Assembly: GCA_965249575.1 (NCBI GenBank)
Contig: OZ252244.1
Location: 32,001 to 96,000 of the forward strand
DNA from: Gemmatimonadales bacterium
GTDB taxonomy: Bacteria > Gemmatimonadota > Gemmatimonadetes > Gemmatimonadales > GWC2-71-9
Length of the DNA stretch: 64,000 bases
Reading direction: 5' to 3'
This document shows, in pieces, positions 21,484 to 31,369 of this stretch. The first letter of the stretch is position 1; each line of letters starts with the position of its first letter. The notes beneath the pieces were generated by a model. The model was not told where the DNA came from, ran no database searches, and saw only the letters and a program-made list of their open reading frames with translations. The translations under genes were made by a program, and so were the position numbers.

Positions 21484-22791
21484 TTATACCAGGGCCGGTG
21501 CCGGCCTCCTGGCACCGGTGATGTATGCCTCGAACTCGCCCCGGAATTTCTTGATTCCACTGACCACCGGCGCGGCGCAGGAATCACTCAGCACGCAGAT
21601 AGTCTTGCCAGTCATTTGTTCGGCCAGGTCGAGCAGGAGGTCGAGATCCTTCATTTCTCCGTCGCCGGTGAGGATGCGCTCGAGAATCCTCGTCGTCCAC
21701 GCCGTGCCCTCGCGACACTGCGTGCACTGTGCGCAGGATTCGTGGGCATAGAAGCGAGCCAGGCGCATGATCTGGTATACCATGTCGGCACTGTCGTCGA
21801 ACACGATGACCCCACCCGACCCCAGCATGGTCCCTTGCTCTACGGCACCTTCGTAGTCCAGGAGGCACGCTTCGCTCTCCTGCCGGTTCAGAATCGGAAC
21901 TGACGATCCGCCGGGGATACACGCCTTGAGCGTCCGGCCGGGACGCATCCCTCCAGCCAAATCGTTGATCAGTTCGCCCAGGGGGAATCCGAGCGTCACT
22001 TCATAGTTACCGGGCTTTTGTACGTGGCCACACACGCTAAAGAGCTTCGTACCCGTGCTCTTGGGGTTCGACAGACACATCCCCTTGTACCAATCCGCCC
22101 CCCGGCGGATGATGTGCGGCACCGCGGCCAGAGTTTCGACGTTGTTGATGGTCGTCGGCATACCAAACACCCCCGACGCTGCCGGGAAGGGGGGCTTGAT
22201 CCGGGGATTGCCCCGCTTCCCCTCGATGGAGTTCATCAACGCGGTCTCCTCACCGCAGATGTACGCACCCGCCCCACGATGGATGTACATGTCGATGCGG
22301 TGGCCCGAACCCATCGCATTCGAACCCAGCGTTCCGCGCTCGTATGCCTCGGCGAGAGCACGCTCGATGACATCGACTGGCTCGGTGAACTCGCCGCGAA
22401 TGTAGATGTAGCCCACCTCAGCCTGAATGGCATGCTGCGCGATGGCGCACCCCTCGATGAGGGCGTGTGGCGTCCAGCGCATGACCTCCCGGTCCTTGAA
22501 GGTCCCGGGCTCCGACTCGTCCGCGTTGCAACAGAGATAGTGAGGCTTTGTCTTCTCTTTCGGCATGAACGACCACTTGAGGCCGCAGGGGAACCCCGCG
22601 CCCCCCCGACCGCGTAACCCCGAGGCCTTCACGATCTCGATGACGTCAGCGGGGCCCATCTCGAGCACCCTCTTCAAGGCCTCATAGCCGCCCCGCTCGA
22701 TCCACCCGTCATACGACCGAGCCGCCGCATCACCGAAATACTCGCTCAGCACCACGGTCTCTTTGGGATGGGGTTGGTGCGGAAAGCCCAC
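21484..22791 (-). CDS. nuoF: NADH-quinone oxidoreductase subunit F
   Basis: GLRGRGGAGF, NADESEPGTFKDR, YICGEETAL, ESCAQCTQCREG; start at GTG 22791 after a purine-rich RBS. Confidence 0.96.
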   Translation of the reverse strand: MGFPHQPHPKETVVLSEYFGDAAARSYDGWIERGGYEALKRVLEMGPADVIEIVKASGLRGRGGAGFPCGLKWSFMPKEKTKPHYLCCNADESEPGTFKDREVMRWTPHALIEGCAIAQHAIQAEVGYIYIRGEFTEPVDVIERALAEAYERGTLGSNAMGSGHRIDMYIHRGAGAYICGEETALMNSIEGKRGNPRIKPPFPAASGVFGMPTTINNVETLAAVPHIIRRGADWYKGMCLSNPKSTGTKLFSVCGHVQKPGNYEVTLGFPLGELINDLAGGMRPGRTLKACIPGGSSVPILNRQESEACLLDYEGAVEQGTMLGSGGVIVFDDSADMVYQIMRLARFYAHESCAQCTQCREGTAWTTRILERILTGDGEMKDLDLLLDLAEQMTGKTICVLSDSCAAPVVSGIKKFRGEFEAYITGARRPAPALV

Positions 22792-22834
22792 TAGCTCCCT
22801 CCCCTCGTATGCCCCCCGAGGCAATAGCCTCGGG

Positions 22835-23326
22835 TCACGAGTATTTCTTCACGAGCTCGGCAACTCTGTCCGGCGTAACGCCCTCGATGAAATCGTCGTC
22901 GATGATAACTGGAGTAGCGAATCCGCACGCTCCGAGGCACTCCACCTCGATCACGGTAAACAGCCCGTCCGCCGACGTGGCTCCGAGCTCACCGCACTTT
23001 GTGTGCTCGAGAAACGCGCTGACCACGTCCTCCGCCCCACAGATGTTGCAGGGGGTGGTGGTGCAGATTTGGATGAAGTGCCTTCCAACGGGGTGCTGGT
23101 GGTACATCGTGTAGAACGTGACGACGCCTTTGACATACGCTGGCGTGAGCGACAAGACCTGCGCCGCTTCGGCCATCGCGTCATCAGAGATCCACCCGCG
23201 GGCCTCTTGCACCATCCACAAGGCGGGAAGCAACGCCGCGCGCTTGGTGGGATAGCGCTTTAGGATTTCTGCGAGCCTCGTCTTGGCGTCGCCCGTGAAC
23301 ACGGGCGCGTAGGTCGCCGTGCTCAC
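22835..23326 (-). CDS. nuoE: NADH-quinone oxidoreductase subunit E
   Basis: VVTFY, CTTTPC, ECLGAC 2Fe-2S ligands. Confidence 0.96.
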   Translation of the reverse strand: MSTATYAPVFTGDAKTRLAEILKRYPTKRAALLPALWMVQEARGWISDDAMAEAAQVLSLTPAYVKGVVTFYTMYHQHPVGRHFIQICTTTPCNICGAEDVVSAFLEHTKCGELGATSADGLFTVIEVECLGACGFATPVIIDDDFIEGVTPDRVAELVKKYS

Positions 23327-24621
23327 CGGTCTACTTCGCCCATGACAATGTCCACGCTGGCGTTGATCGCGATGAGATCGGACAAAAGGTGCCCTTCAGC
23401 CATCTTGGGAAGGGCCGAGAGGTTGATGAATGCCGGGGGCCGGATCCGCCAACGGACCGGTTTGGCCGTCCCGTCGGAGACGAAATAGTACCCCAGCTCG
23501 CCCTTGGGCCCCTCGATGGGCTGGTATGCCTCACCGACGGGCGCGCGCACGCCCTCCATCACTTGCTTGAAGTGATGGATCATCGCCTCCATGTCACTCA
23601 TCGCCGCCCGCTTGGGCGGGAGAATGACGCGGTGGTCGTCGACATTGATGGGACCATCCGGGAGCCGCTCCACTGCTTGCTCCAGAATCCGCATCGATTG
23701 CCGCAACTCCTCGAAGCGAACGAGATATCGGTCGTACACATCGCCAGACGCACCCACCGGCACGTCGAAATCGTACGTTTCGTAATCGAGATACGGACGG
23801 TCCTTCCGTATGTCGTATGGCACGCCACTCGCTCGAAGCAGAGGCCCCGAGAGTGAAAAGTTGATCGCGTCGGCAGCGCTGATCACGCCGATGTCCTGCG
23901 TCCTCCCAACCCAGATCCCGTTGCGCGTAAGCACCCGGTCGACCTCGACCAACGTCTTCGGGAACTCCGACAAGAAACCCTTGAGCGCGTCGACGAAGCC
24001 GTCGGGGATGTCCGCCATCAACCCGCCCACTCGCGTCATGCTCGTCGTGAGCCGCGCACCCGTCCACATCTCCTGGAGATTGTACACCCGCTCTCGCTGC
24101 TGAAAACACCACAGAAACGGCGTGAACGCTCCAAGGTCGATGGCCGTCGTGCCGAGCCAGACCAAGTGGGAGATGATCCGGCTCAGCTCGCAGGCAATCA
24201 CCCGCAACACCTTACACCGTTCGGTGATCTCGATCCCCATCAGTTTCTCGGCCGCGAGCGCGAGGCCGACATTGTTGGACATTGGAGCGAGATAGTCCGT
24301 CCGGTCGGTCAGGGGGATGATCTGGTTGTAGTGCCGGTATTCACCAAGCTTTTCGAAGCCCGAGTGTAGATACCCAACGTGGGGCACGACTCGCTTGACG
24401 ACCTCGCCGTCCAACTCGACCACCAACCGGAGCACACCGTGCGTGGCGGGATGCTGCGGACCCAGATTGAGCAGCATGTGCTCCCCGCCGAGCTCCGGCT
24501 CCTCCCCAACCGCCACGCCATCCGATGCCGCCGAGAGGCCAAGCGGCGTCCGCACGGCCTGGCCCCGAGCATCGAGGCCCGGCGTTGCAAGGTCGAGCTC
24601 GATGACGCGCTTGTCGGCCAT
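23323..24621 (-). CDS. nuoD: NADH-quinone oxidoreductase subunit D
   Basis: NLGPQHPATHGVLRL, GYLH, EGPKGE, GEVDR. Confidence 0.97.
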   Translation of the reverse strand: MADKRVIELDLATPGLDARGQAVRTPLGLSAASDGVAVGEEPELGGEHMLLNLGPQHPATHGVLRLVVELDGEVVKRVVPHVGYLHSGFEKLGEYRHYNQIIPLTDRTDYLAPMSNNVGLALAAEKLMGIEITERCKVLRVIACELSRIISHLVWLGTTAIDLGAFTPFLWCFQQRERVYNLQEMWTGARLTTSMTRVGGLMADIPDGFVDALKGFLSEFPKTLVEVDRVLTRNGIWVGRTQDIGVISAADAINFSLSGPLLRASGVPYDIRKDRPYLDYETYDFDVPVGASGDVYDRYLVRFEELRQSMRILEQAVERLPDGPINVDDHRVILPPKRAAMSDMEAMIHHFKQVMEGVRAPVGEAYQPIEGPKGELGYYFVSDGTAKPVRWRIRPPAFINLSALPKMAEGHLLSDLIAINASVDIVMGEVDR

Positions 24622-24622
24622 G

Positions 24623-25249
24623 TTAGGACGCCGATTCTGGGTCGCGGATCACACCTCGCTCACCTCGCAGGAGGCGCTCCCGCATTTCGAGCGGCAAGTC
24701 GTGGAACGACTCCGCGATGGACAGCTCTTCCATGGAGTAGTGCGCCTCTGGATTGGCATTCAGAGCTTGGCGCACCTGCTCGGACCGCGAAAACCGGCCT
24801 CGTAGAGGGAAGTCTTTGCGGAGCGGATGCCCCTCCGCATACGTCTCCCACATGATGATCCTTCGAAGGTCGGGATGATCCCGGAACGAGATGCCGAACA
24901 TGTCGTAGACCTCTCGTTCCAGCCAGTTCGCTCCCTGCCAGATGGGAACCACCGAGTCGACCTCGAGGGGCTCGTCTTTCGGGAGCTCGGCTTTGACTCG
25001 TAGCGGCACGCGCCGTCCAAGAGAGAACAGTTCATAAACGATCTCGATCGGCCGCTCTGGATCCCGGTACTCCACCGCCGTGATGTCAGCGAGATAGTCG
25101 TACTGCTGTTCGGGAGTTTCGAGGAGCCACTGCAATACATCGCGGTTGCGACCCCGATCGACGTAGACGAAGGTGTCGCCACACGACACCGCTGCGCGCC
25201 CGATCACCTCGCCAAACTCCTGGCGCAAGGCGTCGATTGAGGAATTCAC
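24623..25249 (-). CDS. nuoC: NADH-quinone oxidoreductase subunit C
   Basis: ANWLEREVYDMFGI...HPDLRRI...HPLRKDFP. Confidence 0.96.
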   Translation of the reverse strand: MNSSIDALRQEFGEVIGRAAVSCGDTFVYVDRGRNRDVLQWLLETPEQQYDYLADITAVEYRDPERPIEIVYELFSLGRRVPLRVKAELPKDEPLEVDSVVPIWQGANWLEREVYDMFGISFRDHPDLRRIIMWETYAEGHPLRKDFPLRGRFSRSEQVRQALNANPEAHYSMEELSIAESFHDLPLEMRERLLRGERGVIRDPESAS

Positions 25250-25256
25250 GCGATCC

Positions 25257-25883
25257 TCAGGCGGACCGTGTTTGATGGACGGAGTTTCCGAACGGCTCCG
25301 ACAGCTCGTCGATCACCCCGGGCGGCAGCCGGAGGCCCCGCTCATCCAGTGGTTGCTCGTCTCGGATGGTCCGATCGACTAGCGTCTCCGCCCGAATCTT
25401 CTTCTGGAGCAACAAGATGCCGTACAGGAGACCCTCGGGCCGCGGGGGACACCCGGGTACGTACACATCCACCGGGACGACCGTGTCGATGCCCTGGACC
25501 ATGGCGTAGTTGTCAAAAATGCCCCCGGTCGAGGCGCACGCCCCCATGGAGATCACCCATTTGGGCTGCGGCATCTGATCGTAAATGCGGCGGATCACCG
25601 GGGCGAGCTTGAACGGTAGGCGCCCCGCGCAGATGAGGACATCGGCCTGGCGCGGTGAGAAGCTCATTCGCTCCATCCCGAAGCGCGCGAGGTCGAAACG
25701 TGCCGCGGCAGTCGCCATGAACTCGATAGCGCAACACGCGGTCCCGAACGGCATGGGCCAGAGGCTGTTCGATCGCGCCCAGTTGACGAGAAAATCGAGA
25801 CGGCTGGTCACCCAGTTGGGAGACACCTCTGCCACGACGGTGGACGCGGCATCCGCAGCACCCGATCGTTTGGTCAATCCCAT
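25257..25883 (-). CDS. nuoB: NADH-quinone oxidoreductase subunit B
   Basis: [28 protein letters not shown]. Confidence 0.97.
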   Translation of the reverse strand: MGLTKRSGAADAASTVVAEVSPNWVTSRLDFLVNWARSNSLWPMPFGTACCAIEFMATAAARFDLARFGMERMSFSPRQADVLICAGRLPFKLAPVIRRIYDQMPQPKWVISMGACASTGGIFDNYAMVQGIDTVVPVDVYVPGCPPRPEGLLYGILLLQKKIRAETLVDRTIRDEQPLDERGLRLPPGVIDELSEPFGNSVHQTRSA

Positions 25884-26227
25884 TCCAGAGCTCCCCGCTT
25901 CCAAGCATAGATGTCGCCCACCAACAAGATCCCGATGAAGATCAACATTGCCACGAGCCCGAGCGCCCCCAGTTGCCGGAACGCCACCGCCCAGGGGATC
26001 AGAAAGACGGTTTCGATGTCGAACAGGATGAACAGCATCGCTACCAGATAGAATTTGACGCTAAAGCGGTCCTTTGTCCCGCCAAGCGTCGGCATGCCAG
26101 ACTCGTAGGGTTCGCTCTTGAGGGCCGTGGGACGCTGCGGTGAGACGAGGTGGGACAACACCAACATTCCCACCGCGTTGGCGATCACAAATCCGATCAG
26201 TAACAGCAGGGGAGCGTACGCGCGCAC
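25874..26227 (-). CDS. nuoA: NADH-quinone oxidoreductase subunit A
   Basis: [24 protein letters not shown]. Confidence 0.96.
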   Translation of the reverse strand: MRAYAPLLLLIGFVIANAVGMLVLSHLVSPQRPTALKSEPYESGMPTLGGTKDRFSVKFYLVAMLFILFDIETVFLIPWAVAFRQLGALGLVAMLIFIGILLVGDIYAWKRGALEWD

Positions 26228-26242
26228 CGGAATCTCAGGTTC

Positions 26243-26260
26243 TCGTGAAAAATTTCACTA
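26243..26260. promoter_or_regulatory. Rex-type operator
   Basis: TCGTGAAAAATTTCACTA matches the Rex consensus TTGTGAA-N4-TTCACAA at 12 of 14 defined positions; lies between the nuo promoter and the nuoA start. Confidence 0.7.
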
Positions 26261-26273
26261 GCGTCGCATGCTC

Positions 26274-26303
26274 AAGGTACTCAGAGTTTGGCCGGAGTGT
26301 CAA
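26274..26303 (-). promoter_or_regulatory. Sigma70-type promoter of the nuo operon
   Basis: Minus strand TTGACA (26303-26298), 18 nt spacer, TACCTT (26279-26274). Confidence 0.7.
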
Positions 26304-26390
26304 GCAAAGGCGAAGTGGCATAAGCTCTGGCGGAACATATCTTTCGGTGACTTGTGACTGGACCGACCACTGAGACCGGGGACGCACGAC

Positions 26391-26951
26391 ATGTCGATCA
26401 AGTCAGACCGATGGATTCGACGGATGGCGCTGGAGCACGGTATGATCGAACCTTTCGCGGCCCAACAGGTTCGTGATGGCGTCATCAGCTTTGGCGTCTC
26501 GTCCTACGGTTACGACATGCGGGTTGCCGACGAGTTCCGGATCTTCACCAACGTGCACTCCCCAGTCGTGGATCCGAAGCACTTCGACGACAAGTCATTC
26601 GTCTTACATCACGGAGACGTCTGCATCGTACCGCCCAACTCATTCGCCCTGGCTCGGTCGGTCGAGTACTTTAGAATCCCACGGGATACGTTGTCGGTAT
26701 GCGTCGGCAAGAGCACCTATGCGAGGTGTGGGATCATTACCAACGTCACGCCATTCGAGCCGGAATGGGAGGGGTTCGTAACCCTTGAGATCTCGAACAC
26801 GACGCCCCTGCCGGCCAAGATCTATGCCAATGAGGGCATCGCCCAGGTACTGTTCTTTGAAGCAGACAGTGACGACATTTGTGAGACTTCGTACGCCGAC
26901 CGGCGCGGCAAGTACCAGGCCCAGCGCGGCGTGACTCTCCCTAAGATTTAA
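26391..26951 (+). CDS. dcd: dCTP deaminase
   Basis: [35 protein letters not shown]. Confidence 0.96.
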   Translation: MSIKSDRWIRRMALEHGMIEPFAAQQVRDGVISFGVSSYGYDMRVADEFRIFTNVHSPVVDPKHFDDKSFVLHHGDVCIVPPNSFALARSVEYFRIPRDTLSVCVGKSTYARCGIITNVTPFEPEWEGFVTLEISNTTPLPAKIYANEGIAQVLFFEADSDDICETSYADRRGKYQAQRGVTLPKI

Positions 26952-26964
26952 TCACTGGCACTCA

Positions 26965-27954
26965 ATGGCGCTCGTTCGCTGCCCAACACACAAGATCCCC
27001 TACAACGACGCAAACCCCCGTGGTTGTCCGGCGTGCGCGCAGGAAAAGGGGGATGGAGGCACCGCGCACGTCATGAAGGAGCTGGCACGGGTCAGCCAGT
27101 CTCCGAAGCGGATTACCGGAGCCGAGCTCCCACCGGAGTCTCGATCGTCGGGGGCAGAGGGACCGGCGGCGAGGGCCTCCCGGGAGTCTCGCCCAGCGCC
27201 GCCGGAGTTTGGAGTCCCAGTCACGCAGCAGCCCCGGATCCCGGAACCGGAGGTACGCCGGCTGACCGGCCTGGGCGAAGTGATTCGTGGTCAGCGCTTC
27301 GTCACCGTCGGATCGCTGACGGTCGTGGCGCTCGCATTGTTCCTCTTCGCGACCTCCGGACCAAAATTCGCCGAGGAGCCGAGCCCGCCAGCGATGGTCG
27401 GACCGGCTAGACCACTAGCGATCGCTCCGGATGACCCCGTTGGAGTCGCCTTTTCCCTGCTGGGGCCGATCGACGCCGAAGCGAATCCAACCACCAGAGC
27501 CCTCGCACGCTACGACTACGGGTCCGACTTGGTCGTCGACGCCATGAACGGATTGGTCTATGCCCTCACGTTCATGGTGGCGAACCGAAGCTGGCAGGGG
27601 CTGCAAGTCGGAATAGAGCGTCGCCAGGCCGAGGGTGCTTTGGCCCTGCTGGGACCGGTCCAGGAGCTGGAGACCGCGCTCGATGCGCGGGCGGACACCG
27701 TGGCGGGCTACGTTGTCTATCGATCGTTGGATGCCCGTCCGCGCCGTACGTACGCCGCTGAAGTGCGACCTCCGAACGGGTGTTACGACGTGACCGTCGA
27801 CGTACAACCTCGGGCAATCGGGACGCTCGCGACCGGTGGCCGCAAGCTGGCGGTCGTAGCGAGGGCCGGAGGCCCGATCGAATGGGTGGTGACCCGGGTG
27901 CGCGCGGTGAGCCGTTCGATGGAAGGACCGTATGCCGGAGACGCAGTTTGCTAG
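26965..27954 (+). CDS. Hypothetical bitopic membrane protein with an N-terminal CxxH...CxxC motif
   Basis: CPTH-x11-CPAC, Pro-rich linker, one TM segment; starts 13 nt after the dcd stop. Confidence 0.7.
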   Translation: MALVRCPTHKIPYNDANPRGCPACAQEKGDGGTAHVMKELARVSQSPKRITGAELPPESRSSGAEGPAARASRESRPAPPEFGVPVTQQPRIPEPEVRRLTGLGEVIRGQRFVTVGSLTVVALALFLFATSGPKFAEEPSPPAMVGPARPLAIAPDDPVGVAFSLLGPIDAEANPTTRALARYDYGSDLVVDAMNGLVYALTFMVANRSWQGLQVGIERRQAEGALALLGPVQELETALDARADTVAGYVVYRSLDARPRRTYAAEVRPPNGCYDVTVDVQPRAIGTLATGGRKLAVVARAGGPIEWVVTRVRAVSRSMEGPYAGDAVC

Positions 27955-28007
27955 GCTCGTGATACCGGGTGCAGCCGGCGTGTGGTCACGGCCGGTATCT
28001 GCCCGGC

Positions 28008-28457
28008 TCAGCGCTGGCGCACTCCGATCCTGCCTTCGCTCTGCAACCAGCGCACATAACTGACGATTCGCTGGACGTCTTGCCGGGTCACCCCTTCGAC
28101 CGGCGCCATGTTCCCAAAGCCCCAGTGATGGGCCCTGACCCCGAACTGCGCCGCGCGGTAGAACGCCGCGTCGGCGTGGTGACTCGGCTCGTAGATCACG
28201 TGCACGAGGGGAGGCCCCTGCGTGCTTCCCGCCCCCTGCTCCCCGTGGCACTGCCCACAATAGGTCCGGTAGAGCGCTTCACCCTGCTCGTAGTCGAGCG
28301 GCGTGACCGCTGCTCCAGCCGCCGACGTGGCGCGCAGAGGCTCCCCACCCACTCCGCCCGCCTGCTTGGGGTCCTCACGGCCACATCCGGCGAAGCATTC
28401 GACTCCTATAATTCCAATGGCCGCTCGAAACACGAAGATCGCTGTGCACCAGTTCAC
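28008..28457 (-). CDS. Monoheme c-type cytochrome (probable lipoprotein)
   Basis: CGQCH heme motif, GPPL, HHWGFGNMAP; FAGC lipobox-like segment. Confidence 0.88.
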   Translation of the reverse strand: MNWCTAIFVFRAAIGIIGVECFAGCGREDPKQAGGVGGEPLRATSAAGAAVTPLDYEQGEALYRTYCGQCHGEQGAGSTQGPPLVHVIYEPSHHADAAFYRAAQFGVRAHHWGFGNMAPVEGVTRQDVQRIVSYVRWLQSEGRIGVRQR

Positions 28458-28879
28458 GCGCGATGCCGGATGGTGCCGTCAGTCACGATCTCCAGTTCCC
28501 CGCCAGCAGGGACGTGCGCCAGGAGTTGCAGAGCACATTCGAGTACTGGAATCGTAGGATACCCGAGCTCGCGTGCCACGACCACGCCCAGGGCTAGAAT
28601 CGTGTCCGGCTCACCCAGAACTACAGCGGCCGGGGCCCGACCGTTTCGCAAGAGTTCGAGCATCACGGCGCTCGAGGAGCTGGACCCGATCGCGCCAGGA
28701 AGCATGAGAATGGCCCCCGCGACCGCTACACCATGTTCCGGATGCCGGGGATCGGACACTCGCCCGGTGTTTGGATCGATGCCACCCCAGAAACTGATGG
28801 GCCGGGTGAGGCGCAGTGCTGGGCCGCGAGCGGCCCCAGCGACAAGCACCTTCCCACAAGTGGCGGTCACCGGCCCCAC
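28454..28879 (-). CDS. Aconitase X small (swivel) subunit, DUF126
   Basis: ISFWGGIDP, GSSSSS, APAA motifs; adjacent to the DUF521 gene. Confidence 0.88.
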   Translation of the reverse strand: MGPVTATCGKVLVAGAARGPALRLTRPISFWGGIDPNTGRVSDPRHPEHGVAVAGAILMLPGAIGSSSSSAVMLELLRNGRAPAAVVLGEPDTILALGVVVARELGYPTIPVLECALQLLAHVPAGGELEIVTDGTIRHRA

Positions 28880-30132
28880 ACGCTCTCGTCTCGCGTGACG
28901 CGTCCGCGTTCGGCCGACGCCACGCAGTCAGCGAGGCTGCCGTAGACGACGTCGTAGCCGGTATTCGCCGGGGTGTAGTGAGCGAATTTTCCGGAATTCG
29001 TCATGAGCACACCGCCCCGCTCCGGGAGAATCGGCGTCACGACGACACACGTATCCGCGACGAGCTCTATCCCGGCATTGCGAAGAGTAGCGACCCGTCC
29101 GGCGCGTTCGAGCGTCTCCAATACTCCCCGACTCGTGCAGACGTAAAACGGCACGCGAAAACGCCCGCCGGACATCAGCCGCCCCAGCTCATCGAACTCA
29201 GACAGCGAGAAATGGGGGCTCCCAAGGGCAACCGCGTCGATCGTTTCGCTCCTTGTGGTCGACAGCCCGTCCCTCGCCGCTCGGAGCATGTCCGCCGTGA
29301 CGTCGACCGATCGCTCCGGCCGTGTGTTCCCGAGCGCCGTACGGACGTCGGGCGCCTCGGGGGTCACACCCGCCACGTGAAACAATCCGACTGCGCCCGT
29401 CGAAGCAGCCGCAGCCCCCAGCGCCTTGAGTCGATCCTCCGTCCCGCAACCCTCCAGTCCATCGATGACGGCGACGGCACCCCCCACCTCTGTCCCGAGC
29501 CACGTACCGAGCACCGGGTAGAACACATCGGTCGCCCGGAGCGCCTTGGGCAAGGACGCCGTGTTCACGAGCACCGTGGCGTGCCGATTTGCCGGGACGT
29601 GCAGACCGGTGAGCGGTGCCCGCCCTACCACCGCGCAGCAGATATCGAGGAAGTCGCCGTAACGATTGGTACGCGCCCCAAGGACCGAGTTCGCGAAGGC
29701 CACGGCGTTGCTCTCACCCCAAGCGACCTGCTCGCCCAGCTTTGGACGATGCCCCACTTGATACGGCGCGCACGTCCAGGTCGGCCGGCACCCCAGGGCT
29801 TCATAGGCCTTCATCAAGCGAAACGCCATTCTCGAGCGATGCGGATCCGTTTTGACCCGACGAGGATTCAGGAGATCGAGCGCCCCCACGTTCAGGGTGG
29901 TGGGAACACGCACGCGCGCGCCCGACCCTACCAGGCGCTCCGCGAATTCGACGCCGCCATCTCCGTGGTACAGGCATCCATCTATATGCGCCGACGTGAT
30001 CTCGACCAGTTGGTCCGCGCCCATGAGTGCGGCCATTTCGAGCAGGACCCGCATCCCAATCGCGGCACCCTCACCCTCGGCACCGTTGGCAATGCGTTTT
30101 TCCTCGGAACTCAAGCGGATGGGAGCCAACAC
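28867..30132 (-). CDS. Aconitase X catalytic subunit, DUF521
   Basis: AHIDGC, TCAPY, WGESNAV-NSVLGARTN, GVTPE, DTC, TNSGKFAHY; start approximate. Confidence 0.9.
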   Translation of the reverse strand: MLAPIRLSSEEKRIANGAEGEGAAIGMRVLLEMAALMGADQLVEITSAHIDGCLYHGDGGVEFAERLVGSGARVRVPTTLNVGALDLLNPRRVKTDPHRSRMAFRLMKAYEALGCRPTWTCAPYQVGHRPKLGEQVAWGESNAVAFANSVLGARTNRYGDFLDICCAVVGRAPLTGLHVPANRHATVLVNTASLPKALRATDVFYPVLGTWLGTEVGGAVAVIDGLEGCGTEDRLKALGAAAASTGAVGLFHVAGVTPEAPDVRTALGNTRPERSVDVTADMLRAARDGLSTTRSETIDAVALGSPHFSLSEFDELGRLMSGGRFRVPFYVCTSRGVLETLERAGRVATLRNAGIELVADTCVVVTPILPERGGVLMTNSGKFAHYTPANTGYDVVYGSLADCVASAERGRVTRDESVWGR

Positions 30133-30174
30133 GTCTCGCGCGCCAGGTCCCAACGACCAAGCAACCGTCCGGCG

Positions 30175-31342
30175 TCAGCGAATCTCAAGCGCATGCCGGT
30201 TGACGAGGTCCTGGTAGGTCCGCAACGCTCCACTTGCGTACTCCCGCCTGAAGTCCGCAAATCGCTGGAGGAGCTGCACGCTCCGATAGCCGCGCACGTG
30301 CTGCGGATGGGGGGAGCCATAGGCAAAGTAGCTTCGGATGAGAACGCTCCGCGCGTCCCATGGGAGGGCGGCAACATTCTCCACGAACTCGTCAAGACGA
30401 CCCTGCCGCATCAGGTAAAACTCGACGTTCGACGTGTAAAAGGCAGACACCACTTCTCCGCGCTCAGAGAGATAGCGCGCGATGGCCCGGAGGGCGTGAT
30501 ACGCCGGCTAAATCACCCACCACCGGGATCACCAGGTTCCGGTCCTGCAACGCCTTCACGAACTGGAAATCAACCTCACTCGCGAGGAAGTTCTTGAGAC
30601 GGCCCGCACGATCGCGCTCGAGAAGCAGGGACCGGAAGGTAGGATAGTCGGTGCGAGAGCGCGGATTGAAGCTCGTGAATCTGAGATCCAGTCCGTTTTG
30701 GATGAAGGTATCGTGTATCCGTGCAATCGTCGCCCGGTCCTCGGCGCTCAGCGCGATTCCGAAGGTCGCCACGGCCGCCGGAATCAGATTGCGCACTTGG
30801 TCGGCGCGCCGTGAGGTTGTCGGTGAGGCGTCCACATACTCCACGAGCGCTTCGACTCCGCCACCGGCCAGATCTGAGCGGTCGCGCGGGAGAGGCTTGG
30901 CAAACAGCAGGCTCAAGTACTCGGCCCGATCGCGTGAGGAGGCAAACAGTGCCTTGAAGAGCAGGTGCTGGAGCAGGTTGTCCCGCCGGATGTCGACGAT
31001 AAAGGCGATTGACGGTCTGGAGGCGGCGATATAGCTGAAGTTCTGATCGGGGCCGACACCGAGATACGCGCCCCCTCCGGGGCTCAACCGCTCGAGCTCA
31101 CCCACGACGTGCAGGTAAGACGCCTCGTTGGAGATCAGGTTGTCGGTGTCGAAATAGCCGGGCGGCTCCGAGAGCCGTTCGACGAGGCTCGCGTACGCGG
31201 AGTCGGACGGCGAGCCATGCCGCTGCGCAGCCGAGCCGCGGCACGCGGGAGCGTGAGCCGCGGCCGCCATCGCTACCAACCCGAGGACGATCCATCGCTG
31301 CGGGACTGGGAGATGGATCACTTCACGGCGCCGACTCCCCAA
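30175..31342 (-). pseudogene. Conserved-looking exported hypothetical protein split by small indels near 30465-30505
   Basis: ORF 30464-31342 (FDTDNLISNE, GVGPDQNFSYI, GDLAG) continues in another frame as VSAFYTSNVEFYL (30175-30453); may be sequencing error. Confidence 0.6.
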
Positions 31343-31369
31343 AACCGGAGGCGGTTAGGTCAGTTTCGC

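Noticed and set aside
28816..30597. 593 aa + strand ORF, and similar long antisense ORFs (8888-10501, 5019-6218, 15788-16771, 34308-35315)
   Set aside because: They are shadow frames opposite well-supported genes in high-GC DNA, Arg/Pro-rich and with no recognisable motifs.
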